The notes: generated from the letters alone by a model not told the origin. A stretch of 64,000 nt of DNA from a virus (IMGVR_UViG_3300039155_000018:1-64000); one strand, 5' to 3'. Counted from the first letter of the stretch, positions 18,562 to 27,875 are shown. Translations and numbers: made by a program.

Positions 18562-18789
18562 TCATTTCACCTGCACACACGTATAGATGACGTTGGCTCG
18601 CTGGTGTCCTCGTGACAAACCAAGTATGCGCTTACCAGCAACTTCACACTCTTGTTGAGATGAGAAGCCTTGAATGGTTTGCGAGGATACTGCCGCAGCC
18701 TCTCCTGAGACATTAGGATCATTACTCACATAGATTGCTAGAATCAGTGCCCACATATTTATTCTCCTCTTAACTCCAGAGTGAATCAC
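18562..18789 (-). CDS. small secreted protein
   Basis: A 75-aa ORF with a signal-like N-terminus. Confidence 0.35.
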   Translation of the reverse strand: MIHSGVKRRINMWALILAIYVSNDPNVSGEAAAVSSQTIQGFSSQQECEVAGKRILGLSRGHQRANVIYTCVQVK

Positions 18790-19465
18790 GAATTTTAATG
18801 AGACGGATCAGCATATCTTCCTCTTCGGCTTTGAACTGCTGCTCCATTTGAGTATGTTTCTCGTTGAGTTCTTCCCACTCGCTGTCATGTGTACTACTGA
18901 ACAGGTTCTCACCCCTCTCTCGCTTACGATCATAGTAGGCCATCAGACCACTGTCAACGAAAGTGTCTCGATCTTTATTAGCCTTCCACCAATCGTAGAT
19001 CGCCTTCTGTTCCAGAGCAGCCTCATGTTGCCAGAGACAGTCTTCCTTCAGATCATCACTGAGTTCCCAAGCGAATGTATCGAGTCCCTTCTCATCCTCA
19101 ATGAAGCGCTCCAGAGAAGTGAACAGACACACAGGGATGCGGTGGCTAAGGTCGCACCACTCCCCAACAGGCAGGTTACCACCGAGTACGTGGGAATTAG
19201 ACTTCCAGTTCTTATAGAACACGCCTACAGAGTAGAACAGGTTGGGGATAAAGTACACAGCATCCTGCATTTTGTCAAGGGCGGTGTCAGTGAGCCAATA
19301 GGTGAAAGGTGCCCTCTGTTTGCAATCCTTCTCATACTCGTCCCAACCTTCAAAGCTAAGAGCTTGAGGGTTATGGAGTCCCGCTTTGGTGCGGAGCCAC
19401 TTGGAGAAACGAGAGTTGGACCAGTAATTCCACGCAGCCTGTTTACGGTAATATTTCAGTGCCAT
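18770..19465 (-). CDS. hypothetical protein
   Basis: A 231-aa ORF. Confidence 0.45.
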   Translation of the reverse strand: MALKYYRKQAAWNYWSNSRFSKWLRTKAGLHNPQALSFEGWDEYEKDCKQRAPFTYWLTDTALDKMQDAVYFIPNLFYSVGVFYKNWKSNSHVLGGNLPVGEWCDLSHRIPVCLFTSLERFIEDEKGLDTFAWELSDDLKEDCLWQHEAALEQKAIYDWWKANKDRDTFVDSGLMAYYDRKRERGENLFSSTHDSEWEELNEKHTQMEQQFKAEEEDMLIRLIKIRDSLWS

Positions 19466-19534
19466 TTATAAGTTCCTCCTATTAAAATAAAAGCCCACAC
19501 CTCCGAAGAAGTATGGGCGTAGTGTCTCAAGATT

Positions 19535-19777
19535 TTATTTAGCTGTCAAGCAGTTTTTGCAAAGACAAGTAGAATCTTCTACAGGCTCTGGGAGCGGGAG
19601 GAAAGTAGCTGTTGAAGTTACCTCTCCCATGCACCAGCAAGCACTACCACTTTTCCCGTCAAGCATTGCGCAGTATGTACCTTTGTTGCATTCAGGGCAG
19701 GAGTGGGTTGTAGTGCGTTGCTGAATCTCCTTCAATAGCTGCATTCGAGCGTCACCAGTTGAGTTCACATGCACCAC
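19535..19777 (-). CDS. Cys-rich zinc-ribbon protein
   Basis: It carries CPECN...CWC...CLCKNC. It lies directly upstream of the RNR N-terminal ORF. Confidence 0.4.
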   Translation of the reverse strand: MVHVNSTGDARMQLLKEIQQRTTTHSCPECNKGTYCAMLDGKSGSACWCMGEVTSTATFLPLPEPVEDSTCLCKNCLTAK

Positions 19778-20993
19778 CTGAACAAGCTTGAGCGCCCATA
19801 CTATCGACTTCTACAAACTTCTTCTCTTGTAGCTCTACAGAAAAATCTACATTCTGCACAGTCCGTTCGATTGTCTTCCACTTGTGAAGGTTGAAGCAAT
19901 CCTTTAGGCAGTTTGTCATTTCAAGAACATCATTGTTAAAGTAATTGTTAGCGAACTTTTTAGCGCGTCGCACCCAATCACGTTTCAACAGGTCTTCCTT
20001 TGCTTCAGGATCAAGCTTCAAGCCCCAGCCGTTGACTGTATCACAAGCCACCCACAGATTGTTGTTAAAGGCGTGCAGGCCATCTACAATCAAACCAGAC
20101 GCAAACATGCTAGCTTCGCCGTATTTATCCATAATCTGTTGTGCCGTGAACACTTCAGTGAACGGGGCTTGTGGGTATGCCTTATCACCCATCGCACTTA
20201 GCAAAGAGATACCAGCAAACCACTTACGGTTGTCGTAGATGTATTGCTCCACCTCGTTCCAGTCATCAACTGTAATGGTATTGGATACATTGTGCCGAAG
20301 ATTCGGATCAACACACAGCTCCACGTTAGTGCCATGCTCCACCCAATACTGCTGAGCCAGCTTCACATACTCTAGTTGTTTAACCCCCATCAAATCCTTC
20401 TTATAGATGCTACCTTCCTTACTGACAATCGGGAAGCTAACAACTTTGTCGGTTCCGGTATTAGACCACACACTGTTTTCCACCATCTTAGGGTTCTTTT
20501 CTATCATAAGGTGGAGCACGTCGTCTTGGTCATTCATCTGCACGTTACGGAAGTACATCGGAGAATGTTCCCCATGAATACCAGATGCAGTTCCAAGCAG
20601 GGTTGATGCGTTGCCCGACGGCTTTACACAAGTTGTACGAGCTGCCTGATTAATACCAATCATCTTTGCAACAACCTTGTTCCACTCTTTAACTACTTCG
20701 GCGCCGTCAACCATATTCTGCTTATCGAACAACACTTCAGGGTTATTCATCCAGCCGGTAATGCTTACGCCAATTAGTGCTTCCCGTTCAATAATCTCCT
20801 TAGATGCAGCAGAAAGATATTTAAAGTCAGTGTATCCTGCTTGTAGAGTACCAATAATCGAAGCAGCTTTGCAATTCGCAAGAAACTCTTCTCGGCTGTT
20901 GCAAGCAGAGCCACTAATTTCGCACAGGTTACATGCTTGGAAACCACTTCGCCCATCTGCCGTTTTCGGCAGTTTGCCAATCTCTACACCCAT
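19752..20993 (-). CDS. ribonucleotide reductase catalytic subunit, C-terminal ORF (NrdA/NrdJ-like part b)
   Basis: It has ACNLCEI, the NxCxE active-site motif, and the C-terminal redox pair CSGGAC, which resembles the CxSGAC tail of NrdA. It has its own AGGAG RBS and ATG. Confidence 0.75.
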   Translation of the reverse strand: MGVEIGKLPKTADGRSGFQACNLCEISGSACNSREEFLANCKAASIIGTLQAGYTDFKYLSAASKEIIEREALIGVSITGWMNNPEVLFDKQNMVDGAEVVKEWNKVVAKMIGINQAARTTCVKPSGNASTLLGTASGIHGEHSPMYFRNVQMNDQDDVLHLMIEKNPKMVENSVWSNTGTDKVVSFPIVSKEGSIYKKDLMGVKQLEYVKLAQQYWVEHGTNVELCVDPNLRHNVSNTITVDDWNEVEQYIYDNRKWFAGISLLSAMGDKAYPQAPFTEVFTAQQIMDKYGEASMFASGLIVDGLHAFNNNLWVACDTVNGWGLKLDPEAKEDLLKRDWVRRAKKFANNYFNNDVLEMTNCLKDCFNLHKWKTIERTVQNVDFSVELQEKKFVEVDSMGAQACSGGACELNW

Positions 20994-21084
20994 CTTGTTA
21001 CTCCTAATCTCTTAGGGGCTTAATCATTTCTGTTAAGCTCACATATTTTCACATGTGTGCGGACTATATCACCACCCTAGTCTC

Positions 21085-21765
21085 TTAGGGGCTAACCGTA
21101 CGGAAACTCTCATGGATTTTATATTGGAAGCTAGGTAACACATGCGGAGCAACCATTTCCATAAACTTGTAAAAATCCTTCATTCGAAGGCGCAGATAGT
21201 AATACTGATTCTGCCTATTAATGTTGAACTCAAGGTCAAGCTTTTCTTTCAAAGCTTTCTTCAGGATAAACAAATCCCCATAAGAAAGTCGTTTCATATT
21301 CAAGGTAACATTGTAGCTCCCGTTAACCAACCCCCTTTTAGGGTCAGGTTTAGTTGTCACAAAAGAGCCGTCGCACATGTAGAGGATTGCCAACGCCTCT
21401 GCGTCCAGCATCTTCAAAGCGTGCGGGTCAATCCCTTTATACTTTTCCGTATAAATTCGCCCATGAAGCGTAGTCAAAAGCGGGTGACGCTTACTCTCCA
21501 GCCGCAATTGAGGCTTACGGTCACACCCGTCAACATTGTAATCCTTCCTTTCAGAAACCCTACACCCAGTGATTTGCTCAAGAACATTTTTGCAGAAGAG
21601 AATATAATCCTCGTTATCTCTTTTCATGTTCATGGCAAAGAAGGCATTAGTCCCCTCTGTACGGTTCGGTGGAAAGTACAACCCACCGTCACCCATAACA
21701 ATGTAGCTGAGCAGTTTTACAAGTTCTTTCTTATTCACAGTTTCCATAGTCTCTACACTTCCCAT
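21085..21765 (-). CDS. LAGLIDADG-family homing endonuclease inserted in the RNR gene
   Basis: A single LLSYIVMGDGGLYF LAGLIDADG-type motif lies near the N-terminus. The 226-aa gene sits between the two RNR ORFs on the same strand. Confidence 0.55.
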   Translation of the reverse strand: MGSVETMETVNKKELVKLLSYIVMGDGGLYFPPNRTEGTNAFFAMNMKRDNEDYILFCKNVLEQITGCRVSERKDYNVDGCDRKPQLRLESKRHPLLTTLHGRIYTEKYKGIDPHALKMLDAEALAILYMCDGSFVTTKPDPKRGLVNGSYNVTLNMKRLSYGDLFILKKALKEKLDLEFNINRQNQYYYLRLRMKDFYKFMEMVAPHVLPSFQYKIHESFRTVSP

Positions 21766-21868
21766 ATCGGGTTAGCACGGGATTGTCTTCGCCTTTGAGC
21801 GGTCAGAGTTTCCCCGTTTTTAGGTTAGTTATTCAAAGCAGATCACTCTGCTAGGCCGCTAGTAGTTC

Positions 21869-22870
21869 TTAGTGAACAGTCAACGGATTGTAGGTAAATT
21901 CAAGATTCTCAGTAAAGATAAAAGCAGGCTCCCCGTAGTCACGTACAGACTTCATAATGTTTGCCCACTCTTCACGAGTAATTTCGTCGCGCAATAGCAT
22001 TACACTATTGTTACTTCGGCCTCTGGAGGGGTTGGTGATAAACCAATCTCCAGTTTTAGCCTTCAGCATCTCGTCGTCATCTTTAGAGAAGAGACAAATT
22101 GTTGCGCTCCTGCGAACACCGCCCGAAAGAACAGCGTCTGCCATAAACATTACAAAGTCATAAGCTGTAATCGGCTTCATTGCTACGGACTCTTTACTCT
22201 CTGCAATCTGCGCATCCAACAACTGCTCACACTTCTGTAAAGCAATCCGCAGACCGTCTGGACCCGGAGCTTTAAATCCTCCGCTAATCTCTGCACCTTT
22301 GGGGCGAATCTTGCTGAAGTCGAAGTGAACCTTACAACCCTTGTACTCTGGGAATGTACCACCATCCTCAAAGTAGCTACTGAGCAGCACACCAAAAGAA
22401 TCAGCCCAGCCTTCAATACTGTCTGGGATGGTGTAGACCTTGCTCTTTTTATCGAAACGTTTCTGAATTTTAGGAAGCTTTGCTACGTGGTGCTTTTGCA
22501 CGCTGAAGCCGACTCCACATCCACACAACAGCAAATACATCGACTCCTGAAACGCTGCTGCTCGGTCAATGTGAGTTGACACGCAGTTGTAGAGCCGGGC
22601 GTTGTGCTTGAAGAGTTGTTCACCGCCAAACTGCAAAGCTCGTTGAGCGCCTAGAACACTTTTCTTCTTATAAGCATTTTCTGCAAACTGAATAAGTTCT
22701 CCTAGTTCTGTAGTCATTACATCTTTATATTTGATGCGGTGCATATTCATTACACGTTCTACAGATTCTTCCCAAGTCTCGTAACGACCCTCGCCATCCA
22801 GCCACCGGGAGTAACCCATGTAGAATTTGGATTGGGCCATCATTTCTTTACCAACACCGCTGTTAATCAA
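21869..22870 (-). CDS. ribonucleotide reductase catalytic subunit, N-terminal ORF (part a)
   Basis: It carries LSGGVRRSATICLF, resembling the GGVRGGAATLFYP region of class I/II RNR alpha, and an upstream LLCGCGVGFSV candidate for the first active-site Cys. It ends at an in-frame stop about 100 nt before the endonuclease gene. Confidence 0.65.
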   Translation of the reverse strand: MINSGVGKEMMAQSKFYMGYSRWLDGEGRYETWEESVERVMNMHRIKYKDVMTTELGELIQFAENAYKKKSVLGAQRALQFGGEQLFKHNARLYNCVSTHIDRAAAFQESMYLLLCGCGVGFSVQKHHVAKLPKIQKRFDKKSKVYTIPDSIEGWADSFGVLLSSYFEDGGTFPEYKGCKVHFDFSKIRPKGAEISGGFKAPGPDGLRIALQKCEQLLDAQIAESKESVAMKPITAYDFVMFMADAVLSGGVRRSATICLFSKDDDEMLKAKTGDWFITNPSRGRSNNSVMLLRDEITREEWANIMKSVRDYGEPAFIFTENLEFTYNPLTVH

Positions 22871-22891
22871 TTAAAACTCCTTACGTCAATT

Positions 22892-23287
22892 TTACTTAGA
22901 GTAATTTTCAGAATCATACTTATCAAATGCCTTATCAGCACCTGACTGACGCCCCATAACCTTAAGGTCTGACCTTAGACCAGCATCACAGCTCTCTACA
23001 ATAGCGTTCCAGCTAGCGACACCACACCGTAGCCACTCCTTATCCCCACGCTCTGTAGCGAAAATACATGGACCATTAAATCGTAGAGGATTATCACTAT
23101 CCGGGTAAACTCGATGCTCACAACTGATAACTTCGTAAGGAAGCTCAATATCTACACCAGCTTGCCAAAGAATATTTTTAAACTCTTGCTGGTTGTCTTC
23201 TTCTACAGCTTTCTTAAATGGTTCGTATCGCATCAGGACATGAAAACTACGTTGAATTGGCACCATCTTAATTACTCCAACCTTCAT
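22892..23287 (-). CDS. hypothetical protein
   Basis: A 131-aa ORF. Confidence 0.4.
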   Translation of the reverse strand: MKVGVIKMVPIQRSFHVLMRYEPFKKAVEEDNQQEFKNILWQAGVDIELPYEVISCEHRVYPDSDNPLRFNGPCIFATERGDKEWLRCGVASWNAIVESCDAGLRSDLKVMGRQSGADKAFDKYDSENYSK

Positions 23288-23513
23288 ATTCTTTTAGAGC
23301 ACAGTTACCAACAAGGCTCTTCACTAGCTCATCATTCTCAAAGAACAGTGCAGTAGGGAGTCCACGTACACGATAGTTTCGGCAATACTCCATATTCTCA
23401 TCTAGTTCAGCATCCACTTCTCGGTACTTAATGCCGTTGTCATCTAGCTTACGCTTTAGTGGACCACAGTTACTGCAATTCTTAGATGAAACAATTACCA
23501 ATTCTTTACTCAT
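23268..23513 (-). CDS. nrdH: glutaredoxin/NrdH-like redoxin
   Basis: An 81-aa protein with the CSNC (CxxC) motif near the N-terminus. It sits in the RNR neighbourhood. Confidence 0.6.
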   Translation of the reverse strand: MSKELVIVSSKNCSNCGPLKRKLDDNGIKYREVDAELDENMEYCRNYRVRGLPTALFFENDELVKSLVGNCALKEYEGWSN

Positions 23514-23525
23514 ATCTTCTTCTCC

Positions 23526-23807
23526 TTACTTCTTAAAATAAAAATCTACAAGGGTGTTGAATGCCTTCCACACCTCTTTCTCTTGCTCTGTGGCTTCTCG
23601 TAGAACATAAGAGTGCTCTGTGTAATCAGGGAATACATCAGCACACCACACACTTCCTTGAAGCTCTACAAAATCTCCATCGTGGGGAAAGAGAGATTCT
23701 AGCCACTCCATCTTCATCTTCACAATCTGATATTTATTAGGTTCTGCCATTAGTATTCTCCGATTACTTAGGAATGTATTCACTAAGATCGACCGAAGGA
23801 TGTCCAA
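23526..23807 (-). CDS. hypothetical protein
   Basis: A 93-aa ORF. Confidence 0.4.
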   Translation of the reverse strand: MDILRSILVNTFLSNRRILMAEPNKYQIVKMKMEWLESLFPHDGDFVELQGSVWCADVFPDYTEHSYVLREATEQEKEVWKAFNTLVDFYFKK

Positions 23808-24249
23808 TCCGCTTCATGATCTTACCGGCAGAGTTTACCACAACGTAGAAAGGAACTCCATGATGGTAGTTGGTATTGATGAAATATTCCTTATCGTCTC
23901 GTTCTTCCAATGCTTCCTTCACTTCTACAGCTTCTGCATGACTGCTGTAAATCTTGAGGAAATTGTTGTCGTTCACTGCTTGCATAGCACCTTCAAAATC
24001 GAAGCCTGCAACTTCAAGGCGATGAATCCCCTCCATCAGAACAACGAACACATCACAGAATTCTTTAAGCAGGTGGTTATAATCTCCCTCATGTGATGCT
24101 TCTTCCACTTCAAGACCTTCTTCTTTAATGAGAGCAGCCTGAGAGATGATGCTCCGATCAAAGTCTAGGGTGTAGGCAGGGTGTAGGACGTTCCCTGCTT
24201 TACGATTGAACTCAATTACTTGCTTTGCTTGTTGAATCAGGTGTTTCAT
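23764..24249 (-). CDS. MazG-like nucleotide pyrophosphohydrolase candidate
   Basis: It is all-helical and acidic. An EEGLEVEEASHEGD ... KEFCD pattern resembles the EExxE...ExxD metal site of MazG/HisE. Confidence 0.3.
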   Translation of the reverse strand: MKHLIQQAKQVIEFNRKAGNVLHPAYTLDFDRSIISQAALIKEEGLEVEEASHEGDYNHLLKEFCDVFVVLMEGIHRLEVAGFDFEGAMQAVNDNNFLKIYSSHAEAVEVKEALEERDDKEYFINTNYHHGVPFYVVVNSAGKIMKRIGHPSVDLSEYIPK

Positions 24250-24257
24250 GTTTCTCC

Positions 24258-25181
24258 TTAGTCTAGATGCTTTACAAATTCTTCACGTACAGTTTTGGTT
24301 ACTTCATTCTGTAATGATTTACTCCACAGCTTGTAGTTTTCTTCTACAACCTTCTTTACATCTGTACTTGTCTCTTTCTGGAAATCCTCAAGAATATCTT
24401 GAATTGTTAGACCAAGAACCTTCGGGAAATCTTTATTGGTGATTTGACCAATCTTACTAATCACATTACTTACTCGTTGGGGAGAATTATACTCCAGAAT
24501 ATTATCAAGTAAAGCTTGTTCTACTTCACTCAGACCAACGGCAGGTTTATGTTCTTTCTTGTTCTTCTTTTCCGTAAATGCTTCCGTTTTGTTCTTGAAG
24601 TATACGCGACTACCATTCTTAAACCAAGCAGGAATTACTGGTTCAATCACCACACCTTCTGCGAAGTTTTCACCTTCAAAACCCTTTTGGGTCAGGAGCG
24701 ATTGGAATTTGTTCTCTGCATCCATACATCCCTTGAAGAAACCTATGTAGAGAATGGGAGTGAAAGGAATGCCTATTTCGTAGGCAAGCCGAGCAGAATC
24801 AACTTTATTTAGGATAACACCATCAACTACGAATTCAAAAGCTGCGAAGTCTTTCTCGCCGTATACAACCTCTTTCTGAATACCTTGCCCATGCAGCTCA
24901 CCGTAAATCACAATCATGAAACAAGGGTTATTATTGTACCAATCCTTAATCTTCTGCTCATACTTGTTAATCACAGATTGACAATTGTAGAAAGTCCCCT
25001 CTACGAATTGACTACGAGATGCAACCTTAAAATCTTTCCCATCGTACCAAAAGCTGAAGTTTGCACCATGAATCTTCTCGGTGACGATCCACAACTGCTC
25101 ATCTAGACCTTCCAGCAACACCTTATCAATCAGGTTTTGACGGTAAGTGTTTTCAAGGCTTGTGAATTTCTTAAATTCCAT
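24258..25181 (-). CDS. rnl2: RNA ligase 2 (T4 Rnl2-like)
   Basis: It carries FKKFTSLEN, VTEKIHGANFSF (nucleotidyltransferase motif I KxHG), GELHGQGIQK and YGEKDF. These are near-colinear with T4 Rnl2. The start was taken at the second ATG (MEFKKF). Confidence 0.8.
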   Translation of the reverse strand: MEFKKFTSLENTYRQNLIDKVLLEGLDEQLWIVTEKIHGANFSFWYDGKDFKVASRSQFVEGTFYNCQSVINKYEQKIKDWYNNNPCFMIVIYGELHGQGIQKEVVYGEKDFAAFEFVVDGVILNKVDSARLAYEIGIPFTPILYIGFFKGCMDAENKFQSLLTQKGFEGENFAEGVVIEPVIPAWFKNGSRVYFKNKTEAFTEKKNKKEHKPAVGLSEVEQALLDNILEYNSPQRVSNVISKIGQITNKDFPKVLGLTIQDILEDFQKETSTDVKKVVEENYKLWSKSLQNEVTKTVREEFVKHLD

Positions 25182-25638
25182 CTTTGTTCCTCCTATACAA
25201 TACAATTTCAAATTCTTTATTGCTCACAATCTTAACCCCGTTCTCAGGAACAATCCATGGGTAATCTTCGATTGGGAAGAACACATCTGCTTTCCGCTCG
25301 GGAAGATTGAAGAAGTGTGTGACGTAGATCAAATCCACATGCTCCGCAAGTAGTTTATACGTCTTAGCCCCGCCAATCACCACCTTATCATCCATCCATC
25401 CCCAGCAGACACCTGCTTGGGAGTATGTTTCAAGAGTATCAATATCTTCTCGGTGCAAGACAATCAGTTCGCGGTTGGTCATCTTAGGCAGTGTCTGTGC
25501 TGTACGATACCCAACGATTAACTCCTTCTCTTGGGTAAATCCAGAGAAGAACCAAAGGTCCCGCATGTCCTTGTACAGCAACTCGTCCCCACAACCAATT
25601 CCCCAATCAGGACTCACTGCTACGATTGCTGTTAACAT
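25171..25638 (-). CDS. frd: dihydrofolate reductase
   Basis: It has AIVAVSPDWGIG and VIGGAKTY. The 155-aa size and its position next to thymidylate synthase fit, as in T4 frd-td. Confidence 0.7.
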   Translation of the reverse strand: MLTAIVAVSPDWGIGCGDELLYKDMRDLWFFSGFTQEKELIVGYRTAQTLPKMTNRELIVLHREDIDTLETYSQAGVCWGWMDDKVVIGGAKTYKLLAEHVDLIYVTHFFNLPERKADVFFPIEDYPWIVPENGVKIVSNKEFEIVLYRRNKDGI

Positions 25639-25795
25639 TCAACTCCTCCCGAAGATTTACAAGTTGTGAAATGATATTCTCCAGCTCGGTGACTGGGAAG
25701 GTTATGTAAGCAGTGCCAAAATCCTTCCCATCCTTGATGCACACGTCCTTGAAGGTATTGACAAATACTTCAATCAAAGAACCCCCTGTATTTTA

Positions 25796-26704
25796 TCAAA
25801 TAGCCATACTAGGCTTAGGTGTTCTAAACGGAGTCTTATTGATCTCCAAATCTGTGACAAGGATATCCTCCCACTGAAGTGAAAGCAAGTCCCCCAGAGA
25901 AGAAATTTCCTTGTTAATCAGCACCTTACCATGCTCACCAAATTCGCGTTGTACAGTTTCTTGAGCATATTCTAGCTGGTTATTATACAAGTGAACGTGG
26001 GAGAGGTCTGCACTGAGCGTGCCCATTTCAAACCCGAACATCTTACACAACGCAAGCTGGAACAAACGGTATTGTTGCACAGCAAACGGGAAACCAAAGA
26101 GAACATCCAAAGAACGATTAATCAGCTTCACGTGAAGAACATCTTTCCCCTCTTTATTCGGGAGGACGACATATTCACTTGCCCACCAGCATGGAGTTAG
26201 AGGCATCAAGTCTTCCTCTGATGGGTTCCACAGGCTCACCACCATTCGACGAGAATAGCGGTCAGAACCCAAGGTATCAATCAGTTTTAGAAGTTGATCC
26301 ACGCCTTGGCGAGCGTAGGTGTAGTAGCCACCAAAATCTCGCCACTGTTCACTGTATGCTCTACCAAGATCACCCTCCGGTAGATGGCAAAGGTCCCGGC
26401 TATCCAGAAACTCACGGCTCGTATTACCAGCCCAGAAGTAAATCCCCTTATCTTCCAGAGTCTTAGTATCAGTCTCTCCTTTCAGGAACATCCACATTTC
26501 TTCGAAGCTGAAGCGTGGAGGACAAGAACGAAGAGATGAGAGGGCAAAATCGGTTTCTCCGTCTCCCAGCTTATCATACACCACTTTAGCATCGAAGATA
26601 GCTCGACAACCAATACCTGTACGGTCTGGGATTTCAACTCCATTCTCTAGAACATCCTTGAGAAGCTGGACATAGCCAGATTCCCCATAGTAAACCTTAC
26701 TCAC
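25796..26704 (-). CDS. td: thymidylate synthase
   Basis: It carries DRTGIG, FEEMWMFLKGETDTKTLE and LTPCW, and the C-terminus KPSMAI resembles ThyA KAPVAI. The start was set at GTG 26704 with GGGAGGG upstream, because the N-terminal extension in the track looks like junk. Confidence 0.8.
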   Translation of the reverse strand: MSKVYYGESGYVQLLKDVLENGVEIPDRTGIGCRAIFDAKVVYDKLGDGETDFALSSLRSCPPRFSFEEMWMFLKGETDTKTLEDKGIYFWAGNTSREFLDSRDLCHLPEGDLGRAYSEQWRDFGGYYTYARQGVDQLLKLIDTLGSDRYSRRMVVSLWNPSEEDLMPLTPCWWASEYVVLPNKEGKDVLHVKLINRSLDVLFGFPFAVQQYRLFQLALCKMFGFEMGTLSADLSHVHLYNNQLEYAQETVQREFGEHGKVLINKEISSLGDLLSLQWEDILVTDLEINKTPFRTPKPSMAI

Positions 26705-27008
26705 CGGAGATACCCTCCCGTTCAAAGAACTCGTCAAGAGAGATAAAATCCACCACAGAACTAACAGTAGGATCAACTAGCACCTCGATTGAGTGGTATC
26801 CGTCACCATCATCCGACAGGTGAACTTCCCAGCCAGCAGTACCTATCATCCACCGATCCTTCTTAATCACTTTCTTAATGACTCGGTAGATATCAGCTTC
26901 ACATTCAGCAACAGAGCCGTAAGGTTTATACTTGTTATTCGCAAGAATGAACTTAGCTGCTGCTCGTACACTACCTGTCTGAATCGAAACCTTGGAAAGA
27001 TCAATCAC
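26697..27008 (-). CDS. hypothetical protein
   Basis: A 103-aa ORF. Confidence 0.4.
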   Translation of the reverse strand: MIDLSKVSIQTGSVRAAAKFILANNKYKPYGSVAECEADIYRVIKKVIKKDRWMIGTAGWEVHLSDDGDGYHSIEVLVDPTVSSVVDFISLDEFFEREGISGE

Positions 27009-27301
27009 TTCAATACCCCCTTCAACTCCTTATTCTTCAGTAGACTGACCATTTGCTGAACAGCTTCTTCGGTTCCATGTACTCCCACAACTTGCAAATC
27101 AAAATACAAATTACCTTGCTCATCACGATCACTCGGGAGTACAATTGCGTTTCGTTCACCACTAGCTATTTGTTTAAGTAGAGACAGATAGTGGTCAGCA
27201 ACCTTCTTCTCATCCTCCGATGCGTCTACTGAGAGATATTTGCTCGGAATAAACAGTTTGTATACCAGATTTCCACTATTCACTTCAATAACGTCACTCA
27301 T
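27005..27301 (-). CDS. hypothetical protein
   Basis: A 98-aa ORF. Confidence 0.4.
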   Translation of the reverse strand: MSDVIEVNSGNLVYKLFIPSKYLSVDASEDEKKVADHYLSLLKQIASGERNAIVLPSDRDEQGNLYFDLQVVGVHGTEEAVQQMVSLLKNKELKGVLK

Positions 27302-27335
27302 CCCATTCCTCCAAAATAGCGTTTAGATAATATAC

Positions 27336-27875
27336 TCAGTCTCCGATCTCCACATTATAAATCCGTGCAAGAGCCTTCGCTTGATGGTACAAAGCTTTGA
27401 CCTCGCGCTCAGTAGAGTTCTTTTCACCAAAACGAGCAATGGTTTTAAGAGAGTGCCACAGTGCTCCACTATCATCCCTGCTGCCTGTCTTCCACACCTT
27501 AGCCACAAAGTAAGCATCCATCTTAATCTTACCTGCTATGATGTCTTTTTCCGTCAATGTGTAATAGCTGTCATAATGTGAGTCTGAGTAATGGTTTGGG
27601 GAATTAACAACGTCGTTGTGTACCGTAGTCCGAGCGTCTTCTTCTTCATGGTAGGGGTGTACAGTTACTTTCCCAGATTCTAGCTCATTGTGCCCAACCG
27701 TCCCTGTGTCATCATAAGCTCGGCCTGAGATTTGATTATTATCTAATCCGTAATCGTCACCCGGCAGGTACAGGCGCGCAACCACTACTACAGCCTCACA
27801 GTGAATCCCCTCCCAGTCAATGCCGTAAATCTTTACCATCTGTCCCACTTCAATTGTCTTGTAAAACTCTTCCAT
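27336..27875 (-). CDS. hypothetical protein
   Basis: A 179-aa His-rich ORF. Confidence 0.45.
   Translation of the reverse strand: MEEFYKTIEVGQMVKIYGIDWEGIHCEAVVVVARLYLPGDDYGLDNNQISGRAYDDTGTVGHNELESGKVTVHPYHEEEDARTTVHNDVVNSPNHYSDSHYDSYYTLTEKDIIAGKIKMDAYFVAKVWKTGSRDDSGALWHSLKTIARFGEKNSTEREVKALYHQAKALARIYNVEIGD

Noticed and set aside
19945-20238. Many + strand ORFs lying antisense inside long - strand genes
   Set aside because: Examples are 19945..20238, 21142..21798, 33519..33869, 35710..36306 and 38577..39137, as well as - strand ORFs inside + strand genes such as 136..414 and 3894..4325. They have low-complexity or odd composition and fully overlap well-supported genes, so they are shadow ORFs.
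19752-22870. Intein in the RNR gene
   Set aside because: The three ORFs are separated by stop codons and non-coding gaps. The endonuclease and the second RNR ORF have their own RBS and ATG, so it is an intron or a split gene and not an in-frame intein.
22892-23513. nrdB (RNR small subunit) next to the RNR catalytic subunit
   Set aside because: No ORF in the window has the ferritin-like EXXH iron-binding motifs. The neighbours are a 131-aa unknown and an NrdH-like redoxin.
25796-26776. Signal-peptide-like N-terminus of thymidylate synthase in the track ORF (MILLLVLWWILSLL...)
   Set aside because: It is an artefact of ORF extension upstream of the real GTG start at 26704, which has a strong GGGAGGG RBS.
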